In this document: piece by piece, positions 24,661-35,088 of the stretch | Position numbering within the stretch: the first letter of the stretch is position 1 | Layout: every line of letters starts with the position of its first letter | Origin: Octopus sinensis | Lineage: Eukaryota | Direction: 5' to 3' | Assembly (NCBI RefSeq): GCF_006345805.1 | Contig: NC_043001.1 | Span: forward strand, 92,814,001 to 92,878,000 | Length of the DNA stretch: 64,000 nt | The notes under the pieces: generated by a model | Seen by the model: only the letters and a program-made list of their open reading frames with translations | Databases searched by the model: none | What the model was told of the DNA's origin: nothing | Position numbers and translations under genes: made by a program

Positions 24661-25555
24661 GTTATTTAATCTTAAGGCTAATTTGGAGATAGAGTATCTG
24701 AAAATATATTAGCAATATTAATATTATATTAGAGTGTGGGTAATATTAAACGTTATTTAATTTAATCTTAAGGCTAATTAGAAGACAGAGTATCTGAAAA
24801 ATTATATATACAATATTAAGCAATATTAACCGTTATTTAATTTAATCTTAAGGCTAATTAGACGTTATTAATATTAAACGTTATTTAATTTAATCTTAAG
24901 GCTAATTAGAAGATAGAGTATCTGAAAATATATTAGCAATATTAATATTATATTAGAGTGTGGATAAAAACGTTATTTAATCTTAAGGCTAATCAGGAGA
25001 TAGAGTATCTGAAAATATATTAGCAATGTTAATATTATATTAGAGTGTGGGTAATATTAAACGTTATTTAATTTAATCTTAAGGCTAATTAGAAGATAGA
25101 GTATCTGAAGAATTATTAACAATATTAAAACAATATTAAACGTTATTTAATGTAATCTTAAGGCTAATTAACAGTAATTATTAACAATATTAAACAATGT
25201 TAAACGTTATTTAATTTAATCCTAAGGCTAATTAACAATAATTATTAACAATATTAAACGTTATTTAATTTAATCCTAAGGCTAATTAGACGTTTTTAAT
25301 ATTAAACGTTATTTAATTTAATCTTAAGGCTAATTAGAAGATAGATTATCTGAAAAATTATTAACAATATTAAAACAATATTAAACGTTATTTAATTTAA
25401 TCTTAAGGCTAATTAACAATAATTATTAACAATATTAAACAATATTAAACGTTATTTAATTTAATCCTAAGGCTAATTTGACGGTATCAATATTAAACGT
25501 TATTTAATTTAATCTTAAGGCTAATTAGAAGATAGAGTATCTGGAAAATTATTAT
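24365..25555. repeat. Modular tandem array: 16 copies of core AAACGTTATTTAA(TTTAA)TCTTAAGGCTAATT with 48-112-bp periods
   Basis: AAGGCTAAT at 24379, 24475, 24562, 24674, 24770, 24850, 24898, 24985, 25081, 25160, 25224, 25278, 25326, 25405, 25469, 25517. Confidence 0.95.
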
Positions 25556-26015
25556 ATCGAGAACAGATATTGAAAATGTAAACAAACAAAATGACGATCG
25601 CAACTTTAACTAAGATGTGGGCCTAAGTGAAAGATAAAATAGAAAAATAAATAAAATATGTAATAGATGAAATTGATACTTAATCCAACAATGTGGTCTG
25701 GATTATTTTTTTTGGTTTACGGGATTTTTTTCAGGAGAGATGCTTCTCTTTTCTTTCTTGCAGGAGATAACTTGATTCAGTTATTTTTGCACCATGTGCG
25801 TTTCGGCGAAAATGAAAATTACTGTGTATATGTATATATTATATATATATTTTTTTAAAATATTTTTTTAAACCAAAGTGTTGTAGTGATCTCTATGACT
25901 TAGAGTTTTACGTTTTGCAACTACAGTGGGTTATTTCGCCGTTCTATGCAAACTTTTTCACAGAGCAAAGGCAATCACGTCTTTCTCTGCTGAAAACGGA
26001 ACCGGATATATATAA

Positions 26016-26066
<51 letters not shown>

Positions 26067-26091
26067 CATTTACATATATATATACATACAT

Positions 26092-26148
<57 letters not shown>

Positions 26149-26197
26149 TTACATATATATAAGTCTATATATATATGTATATATATATATATAAATT

Positions 26198-26310
26198 AAG
26201 TTTCAGCCCAGAGCTGTGGCCATACTGATGCACACATATATATAAGTCTATATATATATATATATCCCCAGCATGGCCACAGCTCGTGAGCTGAAACTAG
26301 AATCAATCAT
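26198..26310. mobile_element. Two isolated CR1 3'-end fragments in opposite orientation
   Basis: Minus: CAGTATGGCCACAGCTCTGGGCTGAAACT; plus: CCCCAGCATGGCCACAGCTCGTGAGCTGAAACTAGAATCAATCAT, matching the 3' end of the CR1 at 20377-20432. Confidence 0.7.
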
Positions 26311-26311
26311 A

Positions 26312-26930
26312 TATTAGGGAGTATATCCAAACTTACAGGGAAAAATTAGATTTAGGATTAAATCAAATTTCACACTACAAATATAAATTACATTAGAGAT
26401 AAAACCACTATTAGGCAATTCAAACAGTGATAGACATAAACTAAAACATAAAAAACAAAAAATAAATATAATTTGATATATAATATATATATAAAAAATA
26501 TAAAATTTAAAATCTAAATTAAAACTTTAAATTTTTAAATTTTTATATTTTTATATTTTTTTAAATTTTAAATTTTAAATTTTTATTTTTTATAACTAAC
26601 CAAAAAGTATAAAAAAGTTAAATATAATATAAGTTAAATATAATATAAGTTAAATATAATATAAGTTAAATATAATATAAGTTAAATATAATATAATAAG
26701 TATTATATTATATTTAACTTTTTATACTTTTTGGTTAGTTATTAAAAAACTTAAAAATTTAAAATTTAAAAATTTAAAAAATATAAAAATCAAAAATTTT
26801 AAAATTTTAATAATTTAAATTTAAAATTTTATATATATATTATATATTATATTTATTTTTTTATGCTTTGGTTTATGTCTATCATTGCTTGAGTTGCCTA
26901 ATAGTGGTTTTATCTCCAATTTAATTTATA
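26312..26930. repeat. Foldback family P copy 2 with AT-rich expanded arms and a 16-bp tandem repeat in the loop
   Basis: Same leader and ATTAGAGATAAAACCACTATTA core as 15090-15640; AAGTTAAATATAATAT x~5 at ~26615-26690. Confidence 0.85.
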
Positions 26931-27125
26931 TATATATTTACATATTCATAACTATATCCACAAATGCAAACACACGCACATACATAGATATAAATATACA
27001 CACATTCACACACATGTAGTAATGTGTTTTAGCATAACATATTTGAAGAAAAAGCATAACATTTGAAAAAAGATTTTCTCAAAAGTTAGCAACTTTAAAA
27101 AAAATCTTAGAAAAATGGAATTGAC

Positions 27126-27176
<51 letters not shown>

Positions 27177-27693
27177 GGCATATATATATATATACACACA
27201 TTCACACAAACATAGATATATACATATACATCAATACACATATATGAACCTATATATACGTATAGATATATAGTCATTTATGTACATTGATATAGATACA
27301 TACAAACACACATACACACACATGTATCATATACATGTATGTACAGATACATATACAAATACATATATATATAGATAAAGACATATTTCCATGTATATTG
27401 ACATATACATACATACACATCCAACCAATAACACATTAATTCCTGAATAAAAGACTGAAGATGCTAAGTAGTCAGAATTTTCTTTTCCTGAAACTATATT
27501 TTTAAAGAAATGACTACCTGCAGTCTATATTGGTGTTATGTCAAGAGGAGAGAAGAAAATTTTTAAGGGGAAAACTGAAGTTTCAATATAATGCAGTAAA
27601 GACAACGATATCATAATAATGGTATCATTGAAAATCATAATATTAATAAGGCTAACAAAGGCAATTCTTTGTATGCACAATAATAACAACAAC

Positions 27694-27756
<63 letters not shown>

Positions 27757-27796
27757 TGTTATGTTTACAAATATATAAATATATAAATATATATAT

Positions 27797-27846
<50 letters not shown>

Positions 27847-27989
27847 TACACACACAAACACACATACACAAAGCTTTAGATCTAATGATGAATAGTAATG
27901 GTATGGTGTATTTTTTTCAACAAGCCACAAGCCCAATTTTGATATGATGAAAATTAATTGGATTAACATCAATTTATTATTGTAATTTT

Positions 27990-28290
27990 TGTCTATTGCC
28001 CCAACAACATGAAGAATGAGAGATAAAGTACACCGTAAATCTTTGATTATATTGAAATCTGGTGATTGTGAGGGCCAATCCAAGCAGGCTACTTACGACA
28101 ATATCAAAATTCAGTGAAGCAATGAACTCAATGCAGTAATGCATCAGCTCCAAGATTTGCTGTTTGAAATACTTTAAGTAATCATGAAAAAGGTTATAAT
28201 TGTAGCAATGCTCAGGATGATGTTACCAAGGCCACATATTATACTGGAGAGTTGACAAAATTGATCCTACCAGGTTTTAAATCCAATGCT
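27990..28290 (-). mobile_element. Tc1-type transposase relic
   Basis: DWPSQSPDFNII (Tc1 WPxQSPDLNPIE motif) and an upstream FQQ motif in another frame. Confidence 0.55.
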
Positions 28291-28509
28291 TAAAGAGAAA
28301 ATTGTAATGGTTTACAATTTTGGCACAAGGTCAGTAATTGTTGAGGGAGGGGTTAGTTGATTAGACCAACCACAGTTCTAGTGCTTATTTTTATCAGCCC
28401 CAGGGTGTATTTGAACTGTAAAGAGCCAGAAGAAAGACAGTTAAATATTTTCCAGTGCTCTAATGATTCTGCTTGCTCACCAGCCTAATAATAATAATAA
28501 TGATAATAA

Positions 28510-28690
28510 AAATTCTAATATAGACACAAGGCAGAGAGGAGGCTAGTTTCACTGGTATGTATTTTACTGACCCCAAAAAGATGAATGGTAAAGTCGACTT
28601 TGGCACAATTTGAACTCAAAATGTAAATTTGGGAGAAATGCTGCTCAGCACTTTGTCCAGCATGCTAACAACTCTGTCAACTCTGTCTTG
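28510..28690 (-). mobile_element. SINE family C copy (gtcgacttt...ttcat core), old
   Basis: Minus strand: gagttgacagagttgttagcatgctggacaaagtgctgagc...ttttgagttcaaattgtgccaaagtcgactttaccattcatc; related copies at ~28320-28410, 54640-54960 and 55310-55470. Confidence 0.6.
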
Positions 28691-29499
28691 GTGATGATGA
28701 TGAGGATGACGACGATATTGATGATGATGATGATGATGAACTACTGTTATTGTGCTTGCCTGACATCAGGTACAATAACTAGTTCAACAGAACTTGCTGA
28801 ACCTTTTACATTAAACAGCTGTAATTATGAAGATCACCTGAAAGTGCACATTCTCAGAAAATATTCTGACTCTAATGCACTCAACTGGACTTCAAAACAC
28901 ATGGGGATAAATAATTTGTGAATTACTAAGTCATCCCTGAAGGAATTAACAAAATGAGAGATGAATTCCATCACATTTACACAAAACCTTTAGTCTAAGT
29001 ATTATCTTTCCTGTTTTCTTTTCTTTTCTTTTTTTCCTTGTTATCAGTTATAAAAAAGAAAAAAACTGATGACATTAATTTGTCTAAAAAGGAACATAGG
29101 ATATTTCCGTTCATATTCTGAACTTCTGTATTGCTGCATTCTTTTAACTTTTTATTTTGAACCCAAGAAAGACATACTGTCAAAATATTGTTCAATTCAA
29201 TAAACACAGTCAACCTCTATTTATTACAAATTGCATCACACTCTTTTAATTGCTCATTATTGTTATTATTATTATGTTTAGGTTTAGCTTAGTATTTATA
29301 CAAGCTGAGTCAAAGACCTCAAGAGACAATAAGTTATAAGTACAAGTGAGCATTATGACTAGGATGATTGATAACTGCCATGTTTCTAGGGAAAATTGTA
29401 ATTCAGTGAATGGGACTTGTGTTTTAATTGCATTGAGTCTGTAAGAAGTATCGTTTAGAAAATGGGCTTTTGATAATATGTGAAAAAAGATTGTTTTGG

Positions 29500-29745
29500 A
29501 ATCATGTAGACAGTAATCACGGGGACTGCTCCTATCCTACAAAAAATACTATTTTCTGAATTTCTTCCATTTTGAGATTCCCTGGGATTTGAGATAAGTA
29601 ATAATCAGGTCCTTTTCTTATTATTTCTGGAGCACCTACAACCATGAGTATTCTACTACTAGACTTGAGTTTTTTGCAAATTTCTTTTTTGAGATTTTAG
29701 TACTTGCTCAACTTTTGGTAGATTTTAACAGATACATTTGTATCA
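29500..29745 (-). mobile_element. R4/Dong-type (RLE) non-LTR element, C-terminal relic
   Basis: Minus translation KLKSSSRILMVVGAPEIIRKGPDYYLSQIPGNLKMEEIQKIV resembles the IPVIIGALG...IPG...EIQKIV end of RLE elements. Confidence 0.6.
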
Positions 29746-29874
29746 ACTGGGACAGTCATACTGAAGAGGAATCACGATTTTCATCTGAAATCATTCAATA
29801 TAATATCTGGCCTATTTGCATTTACCTTTTTCTCGGTTTGAACAGAAAAATCCTATAGGAGCAAAATATCTACC

Positions 29875-29888
29875 TATCTATCTATCTA

Positions 29889-29922
<34 letters not shown>

Positions 29923-29975
29923 CATTTTAATTTTTATTATTATTATTATTTTTATTATTATTATATTATTATTAA

Positions 29976-30011
<36 letters not shown>

Positions 30012-30055
30012 TACTACTATTATTATTGTTGTTGTTGTTGTTGTTGTTGTTGTTC
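29875..30055. repeat. Compound microsatellite (CTAT)n-(TAT)n-(TAC)n-(TTG)n
   Basis: Direct reading. Confidence 0.95.
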
Positions 30056-30381
30056 AGAAAGCATTAGAAAAAGAGACTTAAATACTTAAGTGGCTTACTT
30101 ACTGACAACAAAACACCTGCAGCATGACAATTTATTACCAAGAAAGATAGGGAGTTAATAATTTATCCTTTTCAGCTGTTAGAAACCTCACAATAAAGTA
30201 GTTGTTTTAGAAGAAGTGATAACAGGGATGGTAATAGTAATCATAGTGATATTGTTATCAATAATATCAATATTAATGAATATACAAACTGAATGACAAA
30301 TTTTAAGGATAATGCAAAATATATTGCTTAATAAAAAACAATGTCATTTATAAATGATAGCATTTTACAAATAAAACTCAC

Positions 30382-30669
30382 ATGTGACGTTCAGATAAGC
30401 TGATGCTTTTGGGTCTTCTCCAATTCCGTTTGTCGGATGGCATGTATACCAGCCCATGTCGTTTTTTACAACTGAAGTAATGACAAGACTTCCATCCTTG
30501 AAAGCATTTACACGTTTACCATAATCAGGTAGAAATTTGATGTTTTCAGAGTCTTTGAACCAGTTGTAAGTGATATTATTTGGATATGCCATAGCACCAC
30601 ACTGAAATTTTATTCGTTGTCCCTCAATGGCTGTCATATTTTCAGGTGGTATTAGTATGTATGCTGCAC
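30382..30669 (-). CDS. tutl: Internal coding exon (288 nt, phase 1-1): Ig domain, probably Ig3 of a turtle/IGSF9-family adhesion protein
   Basis: ttctgttgcag acceptor and gtgagt donor; encodes GAAYILIPPENMTAIEGQRIKFQCGAMAYPNNITYNWFK...DGSLVITSVVKNDMGWYTCHPTNGIGEDPKASAYLNVT, matching the PPEN...AYP.N.TY.W...SASAYL.V pattern I recall for IGSF9/turtle Ig3. The orthologue versus paralogue (e.g. borderless) assignment is not tested. Confidence 0.85.
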
Positions 30670-31644
30670 CTGCAACAGAATCATGGATACACATACGAAA
30701 ATCAGGAAAACAAAAGGTGAAAAGAAAAAATAACTTTAGTTTTAATATTGTAAAGTTCAGAGAAGGAATACCAAAGAAACACAAAAATTGATACAAAAAA
30801 TTTAAAATATGTATTTTTGTAGCAGACAAGAAGGGTTGAGAACTGCAGCCAATTGAGATATATTGCATCAATGATACACCATAATGTCTCTGGCAAAAGC
30901 AACATAACTCTGTGTAGTTCACCTCAACTAGTTCTATACCTGAACAGCATTGACACCAAGTTTATTTGTGTAGATAAAAGAGGGCGTACTGAGCACAGTA
31001 CTAATGTAAGTTCGTGGTATAGAGGTAGGTACCTGGTTACCAAGTTTAGAAGTGATTTTATATTCTTGAAAATAGCCAGCTTACCATACACATTCTAATA
31101 CTTTCAGAATGGCAGTAAATGTGAACTCCCATATTCTCTTAAGTATTTCTGGAGAAAACATTAGTAACATCTAGGTGATCTATAATTGAAACTGGATACA
31201 GTAAGAAAGGGGAAAATAAGCCGTCCAGTATCAAATGTATCACTACAGGAATTTCATAAGAAATTAAATTTGCTCCACCCATGAATAAAATATTCTCTAA
31301 ATATTTTGTGCAGGATTACATACAATGTATCATGATAAATGTGCATTTTACAAAATTGGTAACTTATATATATCATGCTTTCCCTATCACCAGATTTCAC
31401 CTGCTTTTCTAGGAAGGGATTTTTATATACCACGGGTCTTCAAAAGCTAGACAGTACATTTCTGTGCATTTTCAAAGACCAGGGGAATAAAAAGTCTTGT
31501 GTTTGAAAAACATGTAAGAGTCGGAGACAAGAAGGACATATAAGTGCAAAATACAGCCTCTAACAAGTTTACATCTGTCCCATTTAATCATGAAAAAAGG
31601 AGTTAAAAGCCCAATGAATGAATGTGTATACATATCCATACAGA

Positions 31645-31800
31645 TATCATCATCATTTAATGTCTACGCTCCATGCTGGAATGGGTTAAATGGTTTAACA
31701 GGGTCTAATGAGTCTAAGTCTACATCATGCTCTAGTGTCTATTTTGCCATGGTTTCTACAGCTTAATGTCCTTCATAATGCCAGATGTCAGGTTGTTCTT
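31645..31800 (-). mobile_element. RTE-type 3' tail fragment, old
   Basis: catcatcatttaatgtc...ccatgctggaatgggtt...ggtttctacagct similar to 47832-48022. Confidence 0.55.
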
Positions 31801-32869
31801 GTGCACTACTGGTAATATGTAACCCAGAATCAAGTGCCATCCAATATTGTGTAGGAAACAAAAAATCAATGGAATGAAAGGAAGTTACAAGGGTGAGATG
31901 GTGATTCAAGAAACTCACCCGAACAGAGATCTTACAAGCCATATTTTTGTATTCAGCAATCAAAAGAATAATATAACCAAATCAAGCACGAGGGTTGGGT
32001 GTGGAAGTCAGTTGTACTGTGACTCCTGATTGGTTGTTGGATTCTGACTGTATTGGTTGTTCAACCACATTGAAGGATGAATGAATAAAATGCTAACCGC
32101 TTGACAATGTGTAGTGGGGGCCTCACATTCCACCAGCACTAATGAGGGCACCATGCAGCTTGCAAGACTACAAGACCTGCAGAGGTAGGGCAATTTTATG
32201 CTAGTAGATGAGAGTTAAGGTATGAGAAGGGTGTGAGGCAGCAGATATTTTTTTTATATAGAGAAGCTACATGGTAACTCACATTTAGAAAAGGGAGTGA
32301 GAATGAAATTTGTAGTAGTTACAAAGAGATAAATAAGGGTGATAAGGTGACCAGGTAGTACTTCAAAGTACAAGGTGAGTATGAATGGCGACAGAAAAGT
32401 GTATGGAAAAACAAGAGATAAGAGAAAGGAGAGGGAGTAAGCAGACAACTTCTATAAAATGTGGGTAGGGTTGCAGAGTGGATGTAGGGAATGGTGGATA
32501 AAGGGATGGGTGACAGTACAAGAGTTGGAGAAAGTAGAGGGGTACAAGAAGAGAGAAGAATAGAGTTCTGATACAGTTGACAGGGAGAGAACATGTGGTT
32601 GGGTAGGCTGAAAGAAAGGGGAGGTAGAGGCAGCATTAGGAAGAGATAATTTGGTGGTCCAGAGATGAGGAGAGGGGAGATTAATGCAACATGTGGGTGT
32701 AGCAAACAAAATTAATGGAAGAAGAATGCCTACAAAGTGAAGTGGTGCCAGGTAGCAAGACAAAATGATATCAAGAAGTTGGGAGAGAACTACAGTGAAA
32801 GTGGGAGGGTGCAATATGAGGAGTAGTTAACAAGGTGCTCACTTGTGTACACAGTCCACCCAGAAGTCA

Positions 32870-33285
32870 GTGCTTCTGGCAGTGTGGTAAGAAGTTTGCT
32901 TCCAAACCGCATGGTTCCAAGTTTGGTCTCACTGCATGGCACCTTGGGCAAGTGTCTTCAACTAAAGACTTGGGCCAACCAAACCCTTGAGTGGATTCGG
33001 TAGACAGAAACTGAAAGAAGCCTGTCATATATATACATGGATACATCTATGTGTGTACATGGATACATCTATGTGTGTGTGTGCCTTACTGTCTGTGTTT
33101 GTTCTCCCACCACCACTTGACAACTGATGTTGGTATGTTCATGTCCCCATAACTAAGTGGTTTGGCAAAATAGACTAATAGAATAAGAACTAGATTTAAA
33201 AACAATAAGACAATTTGATTGACTAAAACGCTTCAAGTTGGTGTCCCAGCACTGCCAAATGGATGAACCAAATAAAACATAAAAG
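32870..33285 (+). mobile_element. SINE family A copy in the Ig2-Ig3 intron
   Basis: gtgtggtaagaagtttgcttcc...ggcaccttgggcaagtgtctt...gaaactgaaagaagcc...cttgacaac...tagaataag. Confidence 0.8.
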
Positions 33286-33296
33286 ATATATATCTG

Positions 33297-33343
<47 letters not shown>

Positions 33344-33627
33344 ACAGACATATATAGATATACATACATACATATTATAAATATATACACCCATATATAT
33401 ATATATGTGTGTGTGTGTATACATATCTATTTATATATATTAATATATACAGACATATATATCTATACATATATATGTATACATATCCATGAGTATATAT
33501 ATGAGAAATAATTAAGATTCAGTTGAATAAGGTACTTAGGTTGAGGCACCAAGTCAGTCTGGTACTGTCCACACGGCTCGAAGTTAGGTGAATAAAAAGC
33601 AAAGCTTGAAGTTAGGTGACCAAAAAG

Positions 33628-33679
<52 letters not shown>

Positions 33680-33682
<3 letters not shown>

Positions 33683-33850
33683 AGAGTTTACAAAAAAAAC
33701 AAAAGATGAAGACAGGTGGTGTACAAAACAAACAGATGTATTAGCATAACGCTCAGGAATAGAAAAAGTCTTTTACGTTTCGAGCCTACACTCTTCTTCA
33801 GAAAGGGACACAGAAAAACCAAGGAGAGATGAATACAGACATATCCACCT
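33680..33850 (-). mobile_element. PLE-terminus-like repeat carrying a minimal hammerhead
   Basis: CpG-retaining block abutting (TA)n, containing the motif at 33768-33809. Confidence 0.6.
33768..33809 (-). ncRNA. Minimal type-I hammerhead ribozyme motif
   Basis: Minus strand GTCCCTTT-CTGAAGA-A-GAG-TGTAGG-CTC-GAAAC-GTA^AAAGAC: intact CUGAnGA and GAAA cores, stem I CTTT/AAAG, stem II GAG/CTC, palindromic ACGT stem III, cleavage after GUA (33774/33773). Confidence 0.8.
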
Positions 33851-34069
33851 ATACACACATATACATATGTATATATAAACATAAAAATACACAATACATA
33901 TTATAAGGTCTACATACGTGCACACACCACTCAAACAAGCATACATTAACTACTACACAGAAACGTTTGCACACACACATACACTAGCCTTACACACATA
34001 CTATACACAGCCTCACACACACATACATGTAAATACAGGAAACACACACATCACTCCATACAATGCACA

Positions 34070-34584
34070 CACTGGGTTACTTATACCTCAGTTTATTGGG
34101 ATGCAAAAGGAATTGCATTCATTGACTATCTTCAGAAGTACTACACCATTAATGGAATGTATTATGCTAATTTGCTGAGGCAGTTTTGAAAGACTATCAA
34201 TACCAAACGCCCAGGAAAACTGATGAAAGGGGTCTTGTTTCATCAGGTCAATGCTCATAAGTTCTTAGTTTTAATGGCTGCTCTACATGACTGTGGCTTT
34301 GAGCTCGCTGATCACCCACTTGGCCTCATCTGATTATCATCAATTCCACAACATGTAAAAACACCGGGCTTGGAACTAGTATTACAGTGATGATGTCAAA
34401 TCTGCTGTGGATGAGCTTTTGGACCAACAGGATGAAAGCTTCTTCATCAATAGGATCAAAGCACTCCAACATTGATTGAAAAAGTGTGTGGACTACAAAG
34501 GAGATTATGTTGCAAAATAAACCTCATTTGACTACATTCCATGAGAATATGTTGTCAGCCTATGAACTTTTCAGCTGATCCATG
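34070..34584 (+). mobile_element. mariner transposon 3' relic (irritans/Hsmar2-like)
   Basis: Frames give SVYWDAKGIAFIDYLQ, TINGMYYANLLRQ, KRPGKLMKGVLFHQ(D)NA, HDCGFEL.DHP, SDY, KKCVDYKGDYV; TIR-like end ...CATG followed by TA. Confidence 0.85.
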
Positions 34585-34714
34585 TAAGTTTATTTTGACC
34601 ATCACCAATCATGTATATAATTAATAACTCTAAATCTACGGGGCTGCACAATTTGAGCTGGCCAGAGTGAACAATAACGATACAAGAAAATATATGTAAA
34701 ACTGCACAACTTAC

Positions 34715-34984
34715 CTTCAACAACTAAGTTAATTAACTGTGAAACTGATCCTACACTATTGGTAAATGTTCCCATATAAACACCAGCATCACTGCGCTGC
34801 ACATTTCTAATGATCACTTTATAACCATCAATCTGGATTCGAGATGAAGCCTGGAGAGGCTTACCGTCCTTGTTCCATATGAGAGCTGGTTCTGGTGATC
34901 CTGATGCATTACAAAATAGCTCCACTGATTCTCCTTGTCGGTGATGTAAAGATTTTGGTGAACATGCTACAATACGAGGCGGAA
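34715..34984 (-). CDS. tutl: Internal coding exon (270 nt, phase 1-1): Ig domain, probably Ig2 of the same turtle/IGSF9-like gene
   Basis: tttttcag acceptor and gtaagt donor; encodes VPPRIVACSPKSLHHRQGESVELFCNASGSPEPALIWNKDGKPL...NVQRSDAGVYMGTFTNSVGSVSQLINLVVE; the terminal G plus the next exon's GT forms GGT (Gly) in frame. Confidence 0.88.
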
Positions 34985-35032
34985 CTGAAAAATATAATAA
35001 AATAAGGGAAATTTTTAGCTGAATACTCCAAT

Positions 35033-35088
<56 letters not shown>

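Noticed and set aside
24365-25555. CRISPR-like appearance (constant repeat plus variable spacers)
   Set aside because: Spacers are reused homologous modules rather than unique sequences, periods vary from 48 to 112 bp, no cas genes are present and the context is eukaryotic.
32200-32830. Purine-rich tract giving overlapping L/P/S/F-rich minus-strand ORFs
   Set aside because: Compositional artefact; no recognisable domain.
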